64,000 nucleotides of DNA from Candidatus Hermodarchaeota archaeon (GTDB lineage: Archaea; Asgardarchaeota; Hermodarchaeia; Hermodarchaeales; Hermodarchaeaceae), in NCBI GenBank assembly GCA_016839805.1, contig JAEOTO010000007.1:1-64000 (forward strand), read 5' to 3'. The notes under the pieces were generated by a model that searched no databases, was not told the DNA's origin, and saw only the letters and a program-made list of their open reading frames with translations. The first letter of the stretch is position 1. Every line of letters starts with the position of its first letter. This document shows positions 30,650 to 41,678 of this stretch, one piece after another. The position numbers and the translations under genes were made by a program.

Positions 30650-33325
30650 TTATTTCCAAAGTGGCAGAAGGAACACAAATTTTGCTCCTTTAGAATAATC
30701 ATTTTCTACCCGATTTTCAACCCAGATCTGGCCACCATATCTTCCAATTATTCTTTGAACGAGTGTTAATCCAATTCCAGACCCTTGGGCTTTCTCACCT
30801 ATCCGACGGGTAAACCTAGCGAAAATTAATTTCTTCAATTCATCTGAGATTCCAGGACCTTGGTCGGTTAATTCAATTCTTAAAAACCGTTTGTTATCAT
30901 CCGGGCTCACATTGACTTCAATCTCAACCTTTTCTCGGCGATCGAATTTGGTTGCATTGTGTAATAGGTTATAGAAGAGATCAAGTAACAATTCATCAGC
31001 TAAGATCATGTATTTTCCAGGATGTATGTTGGTATCAACCCGAATGGTCTTCTTTGGAAATGCTTGTTTAACTGCATTTAACGCACTCTGGAAGTCGGGT
31101 TCTATATCCCGCACCCCTAAATGTGGTCGTGTTGCATCAATTCGCGAAAACTTTCTAACACGACCAATTAGAGCGGAACTCCTCTCCACTTGCTCTAATG
31201 CAACCTGAAGCTGTTCACGAAGCGGTTCAGGAACATCAGGATCATAGAGTTGAATTTCTAATGCTGATAATATCGCTTGGTTGATGTTATTTAGATCATG
31301 CGCCATTAAATCAGTGAAAAATTCAGCTCGAGCTTTCGCCTCCTCGAGTTCTTTTTCTGCTTCTTTACGCTCTGTTATGTCACGGGCAACTAGAATGTAG
31401 CCTAATGGTACACTTTCTGCTCCATAAAGAATTGCGGCACTGATATCCGCTGGAAAAGTAGAACCATCTTTATGGATAAGTGTAAATTGTTCGGGTTTAG
31501 CAATACCTGTTTCTTTTGTAGATTCCAGGTTTTTGATGGCTCTCTTCCGATCCTCCGGTATTACCAATTCAAAACAACTTTTTCCAATTAATTCATCGAT
31601 TGCATCATATCCAAGTAATTTGATTGCTCGATCATTCACTAATGTGATATTTCCCTCTGCATCCGTAACCATGATGGCATCAGGTGAGGTTTCAACAAGT
31701 GCACGATAACGAGATTCAGATTGTTTGAGGATATCGTCTGCAATCATACGTTGAGTAATATCGCGACATACACCACGAAATCCAATAACCTGATTTGATT
31801 CATCGAAAATAGGTCGTGAACTCGTTTCCAGAATCAAAGTGTTTCCATCACGATGGAAAAAGTGATTGACTAAACTTCGAAATGAGCGATTTTGGTTCCC
31901 ACGTTCAGAAAAAGTGGTTCTTACTTCTTCGATTTCTGAAGGTTCCATTAAATCCCATAGTTCTCTTCCAATGATTTGTCCAGCTGTATAGCCCAATATA
32001 TCTTCAACTGAACAATTAGAATAGGTGAATTTGAACTCTTGGTCTACTTCCCAAACCCAATCAGCAGTGTCTTCAACAAGTAAACGGAATTTCTCTTCAG
32101 ATTCTTTGAGCGCCTCTTCAGCGATTTTTCGTTCCGTTACATCCTCTCCAGAACTAAGTATTCCCGTCATAGTTCCATCATCTTCACGAAGAACTGTCGT
32201 ATGCCACTGAATGATGCGCTCGGATCCATCCTTTCTGATGATAGGGTTTTCCACAAACTCTTTTAATTCACATTGTCCAGTCAAGGCTTTTTCATAAAAT
32301 TCCTTCATTGCTGTGCGGTTAGGTTCAGTGATGCAGGTATCAAAATAATTCTGACCTATCAGTTCGTTTTCCGTATACCCGAAAATTTCACAGGCTTTCC
32401 TATTAACTAGGAAAATACGCTGTTGTACATCAATCCCTATAAATGCTGCACCAGCGATTTCTAAATATTGCTGCCCTCGATCGCGTTCGTGGAATAGCGC
32501 CTCTTGCGACACTTTGCGTTCAGTAATATCTCTTGTAACTTCAACACATCCAATGACATTTCCTTCTTCATCCTTGAGTGGATAACCACGAATGAACCAA
32601 TACCGACCATCAGGTGTGCTCATTTCATTCTCTTTGACCTCACCGGTTTTTCGGGCTTCGACTATCGGGCATCCTTCACAAGGAGTTTCCCTTCCAGGCC
32701 AAACTTCGTAGCAAAATCGGCCAGTTATCTCATCAAGGGTAAGGTTCACTGAATCTGCGGCAGCTCGGTTCGCCCATATAATCCGGTTTTCCATATCCTG
32801 ATAGATTACATGTTCAGAAATGCTATCCAAAATGAGGGACTTTTCTTCAACTATTTTTTTCAGAGCCAACTCACTCTCTTGTAATACTCGCTCAATTTCC
32901 TTACGTTCACTGATGTCCTTTTGAATTGAAATCGAATAAAGAACTTGACCATCATCATCCATAATCATGTTGGCATTCAGTAAGACCGTACGCTGGTGCC
33001 CTTCCCTATTTTGAATGATAAGTTCCTCATCGGAAATCGAGGCATTTTCCTTCCACCTTTTGAAAATCTCCATAACCTTGTCCTGGCATTCATCGGCATA
33101 AATGGTCCGAATGTGTTTACCAATTAATTCTACACGGCTATAACCTAAAGCCTGAAGAGCTGATTGGTTAACATCGAGGATTATTCCTTGAGGAGAGATC
33201 ATATAACAATACAAGGGTGCATTTTCGAAAAACAAGCGAAACCGATTATCCTCATCACGCTCCTTGGAATCCTGCGCGTCTGGCCTATTCAAAGACATAA
33301 TTTTGCACCATGACATTGAAGCCAA
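30650..33325 (-). CDS. multi-PAS sensor histidine kinase (cytoplasmic)
   Basis: Five PAS/PAC repeats ending DI(S/T)ERK-like; H-box AHDLNN; N-box NLLHNA; DQGPG and GSGIGL. Confidence 0.93.
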   Translation of the reverse strand: MASMSWCKIMSLNRPDAQDSKERDEDNRFRLFFENAPLYCYMISPQGIILDVNQSALQALGYSRVELIGKHIRTIYADECQDKVMEIFKRWKENASISDEELIIQNREGHQRTVLLNANMIMDDDGQVLYSISIQKDISERKEIERVLQESELALKKIVEEKSLILDSISEHVIYQDMENRIIWANRAAADSVNLTLDEITGRFCYEVWPGRETPCEGCPIVEARKTGEVKENEMSTPDGRYWFIRGYPLKDEEGNVIGCVEVTRDITERKVSQEALFHERDRGQQYLEIAGAAFIGIDVQQRIFLVNRKACEIFGYTENELIGQNYFDTCITEPNRTAMKEFYEKALTGQCELKEFVENPIIRKDGSERIIQWHTTVLREDDGTMTGILSSGEDVTERKIAEEALKESEEKFRLLVEDTADWVWEVDQEFKFTYSNCSVEDILGYTAGQIIGRELWDLMEPSEIEEVRTTFSERGNQNRSFRSLVNHFFHRDGNTLILETSSRPIFDESNQVIGFRGVCRDITQRMIADDILKQSESRYRALVETSPDAIMVTDAEGNITLVNDRAIKLLGYDAIDELIGKSCFELVIPEDRKRAIKNLESTKETGIAKPEQFTLIHKDGSTFPADISAAILYGAESVPLGYILVARDITERKEAEKELEEAKARAEFFTDLMAHDLNNINQAILSALEIQLYDPDVPEPLREQLQVALEQVERSSALIGRVRKFSRIDATRPHLGVRDIEPDFQSALNAVKQAFPKKTIRVDTNIHPGKYMILADELLLDLFYNLLHNATKFDRREKVEIEVNVSPDDNKRFLRIELTDQGPGISDELKKLIFARFTRRIGEKAQGSGIGLTLVQRIIGRYGGQIWVENRVENDYSKGAKFVFLLPLWK

Positions 33326-33547
33326 TGAGTTTCAAACTCTAGAGGGAGGAGTATTACTGAACCAGGTGGTTAGCCTTTCATGTTCCCCAAAGTCGATCGA
33401 CTTCAAAGATTCTGTGTTGGATTACAATAAATATCTGTTTCGGGCTTTACAAAAAACAGTTCCAAAAACTGAGTTAATCACACCTAAATTTCCAGAACTT
33501 TTAACTTTTGTACTAAAAAGTACAAAAGTTAGGAAAAAAATTGAAAG

Positions 33548-33928
33548 TTAACCGACATAGGAGGGTGTATCCGGTTTATCGGTCGGTGAACGTCGCTTCT
33601 TCTGCTGCTTCTTGATCTGTTGTTCTAGCTCCACAACCTTCTGCGTCATGTAGTTTGCTAAGTCTTTCCACATCCACGGCGCCATTTTGACAGTAGCGAC
33701 AATTTGAAAGTCAGCGTGTTCTGCTTCGAGTCTTTCTTGTTTGGTTATCTTCGGCACTTCAACATGCGAGATGAGGTTGATGAATCCTTCGTGCTGGTTG
33801 ACGCCGGCATAATACCCATTCGCGAAAATGATGCGGTGTTCTGGGCTTATAGTCACCTGAACAGGAATGCCTTTCATCCCTTCAGGTGCTGAATCTTCTT
33901 TTTTCGGTTTAGATTTATGAGTTGACAT
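33548..33928 (-). CDS. DUF3467-like small protein
   Basis: IFANG...INL...VATVKMAP followed by a coiled coil; family assignment is from memory only. Confidence 0.55.
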   Translation of the reverse strand: MSTHKSKPKKEDSAPEGMKGIPVQVTISPEHRIIFANGYYAGVNQHEGFINLISHVEVPKITKQERLEAEHADFQIVATVKMAPWMWKDLANYMTQKVVELEQQIKKQQKKRRSPTDKPDTPSYVG

Positions 33929-34158
33929 GCTGTCGGGTGGCAGGCACCACATAAAAGGACTGCTAAGGGTTGTTGATAGCTAAAGTTTCAGACGGTTTTA
34001 TGATATTGTGTGTTGTGTGACGGATAATTTTAAATATCGCCTTCAGGCACCGGAACTCGTTCCTGTCCGTAAAGACGGGTATCCCCGATTTTTGAGGGGA
34101 AGAAGAACAGTATTGATTGAAGCATCATACTTGCTATTACATACACCGGTGACAAGCC

Positions 34159-36123
34159 GTGAGTAAAATTGAGATTACGTCAACAGAATCCCGGGTGTTC
34201 CCACCTCCTAAAGCCTTCAGTAAACAGGCTCATATCAAGAACATGGAAGAATTAGGTAAACTTTACCAAGAATCCATCAAGAATCCCACTGGCTTTTGGA
34301 CAAAACAAGCTGAGAAACTCGATTGGTTTGAAAAATGGTCAGAACCTGTTCACACTTGGGATCCAGCTGAAGCACGTCACACCTGGTTTAAAGGTGGTAA
34401 ACTCAACGCCTGCTATAACTGTCTTGACCGTCATGTAAAGGGCGAAAATAAAGACAAAATTGCGATTATCTGGGAAGGTGACGATCCCCAAGAAAGTAAG
34501 ACCTTTACTTTCCAACAACTCCATACTGAAGTCAGTAAGTTCGCTAACGCTCTCAAGAAACTCGGATATAGAAAAGGAGACCGTATGGCAATTTATCTGC
34601 CCATGATTCCGGAACTAGCTATTGCTATGTTAGCATGTGCGCGGTTGGGCATCATTCATAGCATCGTCTTTGGCGGGTTTAGTGCAGACAGTCTGAAAGA
34701 TCGCATTCTGGATGCCAATTGCACAGGTCTCATTACCAGTGACGGGAGTTACCGTGGAGGGAAAACTATCCCTCTGAAGGACAATGCTGATGTAGCACTG
34801 AAAAGCTGTCCCAAGGTAAAACATAACATCGTCGTAAAACGCACTGGCATAGAAGTTGAAATGAGAAAGAAACGGGATCTCTGGTGGCACGAACTCATGA
34901 AGGATCTCGAAGTCCAAGGTGAATGCCCAGCTGAACCAATGGATGCGGAAGATTGTCTATTCATCCTCTATACGAGCGGTTCGACTGGTAAGCCAAAGGG
35001 CGTCCTTCATACCACTGGTGGTTACCTTACATATACTATGACCACCTTCAAGTGGATTTTCGATTATCAACCTACTGATATCTATTGGTGTACTGCTGAC
35101 ATTGGTTGGATTACTGGGCACAGCTATATTGTCTATGGTCCTCTAGCAGCCGGCGCAACAAGTGTAATGTTTGAAGGTGTACCAACCTATCCGGAACCAG
35201 ACCGTTTCTGGGCAATTGTAGAAAAATGGAATATCAACCAATTTTACACTGCTCCAACTGCTATTCGGGCTATCATGCGTCATGGCGACGAATGGGTCAA
35301 CAAACATGATCTTAGCAGTCTAAAGCTCCTTGGTACAGTTGGAGAACCTATCAATCCCGAAGCATGGATTTGGTATCATCAAGTTGTCGGAAAGGGCAAG
35401 ACACCCATTGTTGATACATACTGGCAAACGGAAACTGGGGGAGTAGTCATTTCACCTATTCCTGGTGCAGTTCCACTAAAACCTGGATCGGCCACACTGC
35501 CATTCTTTGGCATAGAAGCAATGATAGTTGACGAGTCGGGCCAAGAAGTAGGTGTAAACGAAGGCGGTTACCTTGTCATTAAGAAACCATGGCCAGGACT
35601 AATGCGCACCGTTTATGGCGACCATCAACGCTTTATTGATACCTATTTCAAGACTTTCCCACCCTACTACATGACCGGGGACGGGGCTCGAATAGACGAA
35701 GATGGTTATTTCTGGGTCGTTGGTCGAATTGACGACGTCGTAAATGTTAGTGGTCACCGTATGGGTACTGCTGAAATCGAATCCGCTCTGGTTAAACATC
35801 CCGCTGTGGCTGAAGCAGCTGTAGTCGGTTTTCCTCATGACATTAAGGGCCAAGCCCTCTACTGCTTTGTTACCCTCAAATTGGGTTACGAAAAAACTGA
35901 TGAGCTAAGACAAGAACTTCGAAAACACGTCCGTAAAGATATTGGTCCCATTGCGACCCCAGATAAAGTCCAATTCGCAGATGCCCTTCCCAAGACCCGA
36001 AGTGGCAAGATTATGCGACGGATTTTAAAGAAAATCGCAGCAGGCGAGACCAAAGATTTGGGTGACACTACAACGTTAGCTGATCCATCAATTGTCCAAA
36101 AGCTCATAAAAGAACGGGTTTAA
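34159..36123 (+). CDS. acs: acetyl-CoA synthetase (AMP-forming)
   Basis: YTSGSTGKPKG, ADIGWITGH, WQTETG and PKTRSGKIMRR motifs. Confidence 0.97.
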   Translation: MSKIEITSTESRVFPPPKAFSKQAHIKNMEELGKLYQESIKNPTGFWTKQAEKLDWFEKWSEPVHTWDPAEARHTWFKGGKLNACYNCLDRHVKGENKDKIAIIWEGDDPQESKTFTFQQLHTEVSKFANALKKLGYRKGDRMAIYLPMIPELAIAMLACARLGIIHSIVFGGFSADSLKDRILDANCTGLITSDGSYRGGKTIPLKDNADVALKSCPKVKHNIVVKRTGIEVEMRKKRDLWWHELMKDLEVQGECPAEPMDAEDCLFILYTSGSTGKPKGVLHTTGGYLTYTMTTFKWIFDYQPTDIYWCTADIGWITGHSYIVYGPLAAGATSVMFEGVPTYPEPDRFWAIVEKWNINQFYTAPTAIRAIMRHGDEWVNKHDLSSLKLLGTVGEPINPEAWIWYHQVVGKGKTPIVDTYWQTETGGVVISPIPGAVPLKPGSATLPFFGIEAMIVDESGQEVGVNEGGYLVIKKPWPGLMRTVYGDHQRFIDTYFKTFPPYYMTGDGARIDEDGYFWVVGRIDDVVNVSGHRMGTAEIESALVKHPAVAEAAVVGFPHDIKGQALYCFVTLKLGYEKTDELRQELRKHVRKDIGPIATPDKVQFADALPKTRSGKIMRRILKKIAAGETKDLGDTTTLADPSIVQKLIKERV

Positions 36124-36132
36124 CACCGTACA

Positions 36133-36182
36133 TCCGTGGGTTCAATAAGAACTCACGGAAGTATTTCTTTTTTTCTTTCTTC
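36133..36182 (+). terminator. intrinsic-type terminator after acs
   Basis: Hairpin TCCGTGGGTTC-AATAA-GAACTCACGGA followed by a T-rich tract. Confidence 0.7.
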
Positions 36183-36316
36183 ACAGGTACTACCACTAAT
36201 TTACTTTTTTCAAGTCTTAATCAGAATTAAGCTGAACCAAATATAATTCATATAAATAGGACCTTAACTAGACTGTTAACGAGTAGTAAAATGGTTTAAA
36301 AGGATGAGTTAGACTG

Positions 36317-36892
36317 ATGACTTTTGGATTAACAGGAATATTCAGCACAATTCGAATGGCTCAGGTTGATATTTCAAATCCACTTTTTTGGCTGGCAGTA
36401 TTTTTCGTATCAGGGTTGGGCGTTGCACTACTCGTTGGAATAATTGCCGGATCTATATTGACTCTGCAGGGCAGAAGTATCCGTAAGAGAGCCGCAGAAG
36501 CGGGTGTCTCAGTTAAGTTACCGAGAAGCGAAGGTGGCATTGATCCTTATGACATTGAGGGATGTGGATATTGTATTATCTTCATTGTAATCATAATTCT
36601 CGGTGCCATGGGGATTTCACTTCCTATCATATTACCCCAGCAAACAGAGGCCATAATAATGGCTGTAGTCCTAGTCATTTTTGGTGGTCTCTTTTGGGGA
36701 TTGGTCATCTGGTCCATTTTCTATACTGCCCGTGAATATCCAAAACGTCGGAAATTACTAGCAGCAGCTTTACAGGGGACTCCCAAAGCCAGGATTAGAA
36801 AAGAGGGAGAAACCCTAACATGTTCAACATGTGGTTTACCTTTACGAGCCGATGACAAATTCTGTGGTAGTTGTGGGGCTGCTACTGATTAG
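36317..36892 (+). CDS. 3-TM membrane protein with C-terminal zinc ribbon
   Basis: CSTCG...FCGSCG at the C-terminus. Confidence 0.75.
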   Translation: MTFGLTGIFSTIRMAQVDISNPLFWLAVFFVSGLGVALLVGIIAGSILTLQGRSIRKRAAEAGVSVKLPRSEGGIDPYDIEGCGYCIIFIVIIILGAMGISLPIILPQQTEAIIMAVVLVIFGGLFWGLVIWSIFYTAREYPKRRKLLAAALQGTPKARIRKEGETLTCSTCGLPLRADDKFCGSCGAATD

Positions 36893-37103
36893 ATTCACAT
36901 CGATGATCGGCTATTCCTATTTGATTTTTTTTTAAAAAAAATGCTCACTATTGTACATATTTTATAAACAGTGATAGTGCATAGACGGTATCTGTGTGAG
37001 AAAGGATGGTTTCAAAAGTACAGTGGGCAAATTTACCTAATATTGCATTAATGATAGCCCGAATCTGTTTTCATAACAAACACAATGGAATGGAGGTGAA
37101 TTA

Positions 37104-37634
37104 ATGAAACGAAAAATATTACCCTGTATTCTAGTGTGCTGTTTATGGTCCCTGACAATCGTTGAAGTAAGTGCCAATGGGTATTGGATGCCAACAGAAT
37201 TTGGGAGCCTGCTTGGTCCTATTCCAGCTCTTGGGCATAAGCATATGCAAAAAACAACCGCTCATTCACGAGAAGAATTCGAATTTAACTGGACAACTGG
37301 TCTTGTTGCCGTTAACTTCCACATTATGAACGCAGTTAACTACCAAAACTGGTCAACAGGCCAGCCTTGGACTGGCACCGTAAATCACCTAAACATCACC
37401 GGTGAAGCCTTTTCCTGGGAAACTTATGGAGCTAATGCCACATATCATTTCATCTGGTACAACCCATCCGTGATTGGTACAAACATAGTTGGTGATTGGC
37501 ATCGTAGTCGATGGGTCGAAGTTGAAGGAAACATACCAGGTTTTCCAATTGAAACCATCGTAATTGGCCTTGCCATTGCAATAGGACTAGGTATTGTCAT
37601 TAGGCACAGAATGAAAAAACAAGATTCGAAGTAA
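37104..37634 (+). CDS. secreted protein with IPGF C-terminal sorting signal
   Basis: Signal peptide, several N-glycosylation sequons, IPGFP + TM + basic tail. Confidence 0.75.
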   Translation: MKRKILPCILVCCLWSLTIVEVSANGYWMPTEFGSLLGPIPALGHKHMQKTTAHSREEFEFNWTTGLVAVNFHIMNAVNYQNWSTGQPWTGTVNHLNITGEAFSWETYGANATYHFIWYNPSVIGTNIVGDWHRSRWVEVEGNIPGFPIETIVIGLAIAIGLGIVIRHRMKKQDSK

Positions 37635-37662
37635 CACTATTAGAAACAATTCAACAGTCATA

Positions 37663-38157
37663 CTACTGCTCTTCAAGAAGTAGTTGTAGGATTTTCTGTT
37701 GATCGCGAACATCGAATACTAAAGCAGCGACCATAGGAATTGGAATAACTACCCATACTAAAACTAAGACGAAATAGAACATGCCAAAGACAAAACTAGC
37801 AATGGCTGCTACAATCCCAATGATAAAGAGGATACAAAAACACCCTTCCGCTGCATTCGCGTCTTGAATTGCGAGTGACCACCCTCGAAAATAGGTCAAC
37901 CTTCCCCGGGTCCATGTGATAGTCTTACCAGCTTCTTCGGCTTTTCTCCTCATTTTTCTTCGATGGAGATTACGAAGCATTATTAAAAATCCGGGGAATA
38001 GAACATCGAAGAAGACACCAGCAAAGACAAAAATGAATGCCACGACAATCGGATCCCAAAATCTTTGTTGCATCAAAAAACCTGTTGTAATAAATGATGT
38101 CAACATCATGAAATGAAAAATCATAGTAATCACGTTACCTTCCCTCCTGATAATCAC
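37663..38157 (-). CDS. membrane protein (RKAEEAG/EGC paralog family)
   Basis: TM segments; RRKAEEAG and EGCFC motifs shared with 36317..36892. Confidence 0.65.
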   Translation of the reverse strand: MIIRREGNVITMIFHFMMLTSFITTGFLMQQRFWDPIVVAFIFVFAGVFFDVLFPGFLIMLRNLHRRKMRRKAEEAGKTITWTRGRLTYFRGWSLAIQDANAAEGCFCILFIIGIVAAIASFVFGMFYFVLVLVWVVIPIPMVAALVFDVRDQQKILQLLLEEQ

Positions 38158-38809
38158 CTAGATGAGCTCCACATCTGCCACAGAACTTATCCGTTTCGGT
38201 GATTGATTCTCCACATACTGGACAACTCGTAGGTTTGTCTTTCATTGGTTTCTCTCTAAGAAGTGGTGTTGATGTCTTATCCACTGCTTCGGAATACCTT
38301 CGACTACCCCGTCTTAATCCGATGATTCCACAAACGAGAATGATTGGTATGATCACCGCAAAGAGCACCGCCATAACTACGAATCCAATTAATTGACCGA
38401 CTTCTTCAGGAACAAGTGGGAAAGTTGGAAGTGGGATATCAAAGAGTATCATGAAACCAGCAATTGTCACAATTGCAAGGAAGCAGAAGAATGGATATCC
38501 GTGAGAGAGAGATTCATCTTGGTGGGGAGGTTGTGGTTTCACCACAGGAATTACTTGCTGTTCTAAGGCTTGCTTTTTTAGCTTTGCATGGCGTCTACCA
38601 TAGATGCAGCATATAAGAGATAGAATAATTGTAAATCCAATTCCAAAAATGATAGCATAAACAAAAAGATTGTCGATATTGAACCCAGGAGCCTGAGCGA
38701 GTATATTTGTATATGTCAAGAACTGATGTATCATCTTTGGGAGACTAGATTGATCAAGTATTTGTCGTGCTATTGCCATTAGAGAACACCCTAGAAATGT
38801 TTCATACAC
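38135..38809 (-). CDS. 3-TM membrane protein with C-terminal zinc ribbon
   Basis: CPVCG...FCGRCG at the C-terminus. Confidence 0.72.
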   Translation of the reverse strand: MYETFLGCSLMAIARQILDQSSLPKMIHQFLTYTNILAQAPGFNIDNLFVYAIIFGIGFTIILSLICCIYGRRHAKLKKQALEQQVIPVVKPQPPHQDESLSHGYPFFCFLAIVTIAGFMILFDIPLPTFPLVPEEVGQLIGFVVMAVLFAVIIPIILVCGIIGLRRGSRRYSEAVDKTSTPLLREKPMKDKPTSCPVCGESITETDKFCGRCGAHLGDYQEGR

Positions 38810-39038
38810 TGTACTTAGTTTTTTAAATAAGTTATTTCAGTTACATATTCCACAGAAATAAACTGATTCTGTGCGCTAGAACTACATTTACTTTGTTCAC
38901 TGCTTTAATATTGTTTGTAAAGGGTTTTTAATATTTTAAGGGCATATAGTATTTATTAAATATGGAAAGCTTTTTCAGTAATAGCAAATCAAAGAATTCA
39001 ATTACCCAGCTTATGGGAAAAAACTGGGAGAGATCATC

Positions 39039-39635
39039 ATGGTTTCGGCTAAAATACCAAAAGTATTGGCTGTTATTGCACTGGTCGTAAATCTCATCGC
39101 AGTACTCATAACGGTCTATTGGCTCATCCAAATCTGGATACTTATCGGGTGGATCATTATCATTCCCTTTATTGGCATCATTTTCCTTGCGATGATCCTT
39201 GGCCCCTGGCTCTTAACGTTCATCTTCGTCTTAATTTTCACACTAATCCTCCCTCTACGAACATATCGTGACATTACTCCAGAAAATCCCCAGTCACCTG
39301 CCACTATCTTCGCGATAGGCGGAATCATTGGAATTATACTCGGCGCTTTCGGCCTATTTCCCAATCCTCTTATTGCTTTTGTATTCTTGGTTTTTGGACC
39401 TAGCGTGCTTTTTAATGCTGTTCCTCAACTCATCGGAGGAATTTTCCTGGTAATTGCAGGTGCGTTATCATTAACAGTAGAAGAGGAATATGAAGCAACA
39501 CCTCCCATAGAAGAACCAAAAGAACCACCAAGTCCTTCAGTAACTGAAAAGTCCGAAGTTAACATATGCCAATCATGTGGATCCGAGTTGTCCGAGAATG
39601 AGAAATTCTGTCGGAATTGCGGTGCAGAAGTGTAG
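39039..39635 (+). CDS. membrane protein with C-terminal zinc ribbon
   Basis: About 4 TM segments, Pro/Glu linker, CQSCG...FCRNCG. Confidence 0.75.
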   Translation: MVSAKIPKVLAVIALVVNLIAVLITVYWLIQIWILIGWIIIIPFIGIIFLAMILGPWLLTFIFVLIFTLILPLRTYRDITPENPQSPATIFAIGGIIGIILGAFGLFPNPLIAFVFLVFGPSVLFNAVPQLIGGIFLVIAGALSLTVEEEYEATPPIEEPKEPPSPSVTEKSEVNICQSCGSELSENEKFCRNCGAEV

Positions 39636-39676
39636 CAGATATTAAAAAGAACGCACAGAAAATGGAGTGAACCTAA

Positions 39677-40144
39677 TTGGATTTCCGAAAGCCTGCTAGA
39701 ATAACTATCTTGATTGGAACCATTATCGGCTTAATTCCTCTTGCACTCTCAATATTGGCAACCGTCACACTCATTATCACTTGGTGGGAATTCATAGTGA
39801 CCCCAATTCTAGGGCTTGGTATGATTATCTACTTAGGTATCGCAATAGTCCTAATCGTCGTAATTTTGATTCTCAACATCATTATTCCACTTATTGGGTT
39901 TTTCCGAATTCACTATGAAATCAGGGAGCGCTTTTCCATTATCTTCCTATTCATTGCTATTATCACATTCTTTCTCGCATACCTTTTCTGGGAACTTTGG
40001 CTAGGACGTGCACCTGAGATATTTCCAATCTTCAGCATGGCATTCGCACCATTCTCATATTTTCTCATGATCTTTCTAATTGCAGTTGGAATTGTCTATA
40101 TTTTGGCTAGTATACTTACAATTCTCATTCGCGAACCAAGTTAA
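39677..40144 (+). CDS. hypothetical 4-TM membrane protein
   Basis: Very hydrophobic; topology similar to the upstream gene. Confidence 0.65.
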   Translation: MDFRKPARITILIGTIIGLIPLALSILATVTLIITWWEFIVTPILGLGMIIYLGIAIVLIVVILILNIIIPLIGFFRIHYEIRERFSIIFLFIAIITFFLAYLFWELWLGRAPEIFPIFSMAFAPFSYFLMIFLIAVGIVYILASILTILIREPS

Positions 40145-40265
40145 TAACCAAGCTAAATACAAGTGCAGTTGTGTGACTTAACAACAGATTATGCCATCTT
40201 CATCAAAGTGAGAAATTTTAGTTAATAGCTTTGTCCATACCGGTTAATGATGGAAGCGCCTGTAT

Positions 40266-40294
40266 TATCTGGAAAATGCTATTAAGACACTTTT
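40266..40294 (+). repeat. cassette-boundary repeat, copy E
   Basis: TATCTGGAAAA TGCTA TTAAGACACTT TT. Confidence 0.72.
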
Positions 40295-40414
40295 AAGTCG
40301 GTGGACCCAACCTCAAAAATAGAAGATAAATTGAGTATTGGCGGTGTTTTCCTATAAAGGTGAATTAAGTTTTGTTTAATAGTTCGCATTAGTAATTGAT
40401 ACTAGGGTGGTTCT

Positions 40415-41470
40415 ATGGAGTCGCTGCTAAGAAATTGGAATGGGGAAAGCGTGATTATCCGCTTTGATCGACCTTCAGGCGCTTGGATAATCATCGCCAT
40501 TCATTCGACTTTTCTAGGACCCGCAATAGGTGGCACGCGTATGAAGTCTTATCCGAATTTTAAAGCTGCCCTAGAGGATGCTCTTCAATTAGCAGCCAGC
40601 ATGACTTACAAATTTGCAGCAGCTGATTTCCCTTCTGGCGGTGGTAAAGCTGTAATCGCGCTCCCTTCCTCCTTCGACATACATGAGAGACCGAGCTTAT
40701 TGCGGCATTATGGGACATTGCTGAAGCAATTAGGTGGGTTGTTTCAAGCTGGACCTGATGTAGGAACCTCTCCTGCCGATATGGATATTATAGCAGAGAC
40801 CGGGGCACCATTTGTTTTTTGTCGAACCCCCGAAAAAGGGGGAGCTGGAGGTTCGGGAAAATGGACCGCCCTAGGCGTCTTTCATGGCATGCAAGCTGTA
40901 TGCAAACAGCTTTTTGACAATGAATCACTTAGGGAGCGAGTCGTCATGGTTCAGGGAACGGGTAGTGTTGGTCACCCATTGATTGAGTTACTATTGAAGG
41001 ATGGAGCTGAGGTATTGTTTAGTGAAGTAAACCAAACGGCTATTCAACATTTCCGCGATAAACTCAAATTGCCATTTGTCCCACCTAAACGCGTTTATGA
41101 TACTCCCTGTGACATATTTGCGCCCTGTGCTTTAGGTGGAATTCTTAACAAGGATACGATTCCCCGTCTGAAATGCACCGCAATTGCTGGAGCCGCCAAC
41201 AACCAACTCGCTGAACCAACCGATGCTGTGAGACTAATGAAGAGAAATATCTTGTATGCACCTGATTTTATAATTAGTATAGGTGGAGCCATGGCAATCA
41301 TTGGAATTGAGAGAATGGGCTGGTCAACAGATGAAGCCCGAGCGAAAGTAAACTCAATTAAGCAAACAATGCTGCGAGTTTTTAAACTGGCTAAAGATGA
41401 CCATATTACTACTGATGCCGCGGCTAAACGTATAGTTGACTCTCGACTGTCTAGAACTGAAAGTAAATGA
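40415..41470 (+). CDS. Leu/Phe/Val amino acid dehydrogenase
   Basis: GGTRM, MTYK, GGGKAVI, GPDVGT, QGTGSVG, APCALG and GAANNQL motifs. Confidence 0.92.
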   Translation: MESLLRNWNGESVIIRFDRPSGAWIIIAIHSTFLGPAIGGTRMKSYPNFKAALEDALQLAASMTYKFAAADFPSGGGKAVIALPSSFDIHERPSLLRHYGTLLKQLGGLFQAGPDVGTSPADMDIIAETGAPFVFCRTPEKGGAGGSGKWTALGVFHGMQAVCKQLFDNESLRERVVMVQGTGSVGHPLIELLLKDGAEVLFSEVNQTAIQHFRDKLKLPFVPPKRVYDTPCDIFAPCALGGILNKDTIPRLKCTAIAGAANNQLAEPTDAVRLMKRNILYAPDFIISIGGAMAIIGIERMGWSTDEARAKVNSIKQTMLRVFKLAKDDHITTDAAAKRIVDSRLSRTESK

Positions 41471-41513
41471 CGAAAAAGATGTGGGCGGAAAGACTAGATA
41501 GGAATAATCAAAA

Positions 41514-41542
41514 TTTCTGGATGAGCCTATTATGACACTTTT
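41514..41542 (+). repeat. cassette-boundary repeat, copy F
   Basis: TTTCTGGATGA GCCTA TTATGACACTT TT. Confidence 0.75.
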
Positions 41543-41678
41543 CTATGGATATTTTACTTGAATCCGTCTTGTGGCGTAGGGGCTCATTTTTGCCTGATAC
41601 GGAAAGCGCTATCTTTGCGTGTGTGCTGCCCCTGGCTAGTGAAATATTGTCTTGTAGCCAGCCAATGCTTGAATTGCT

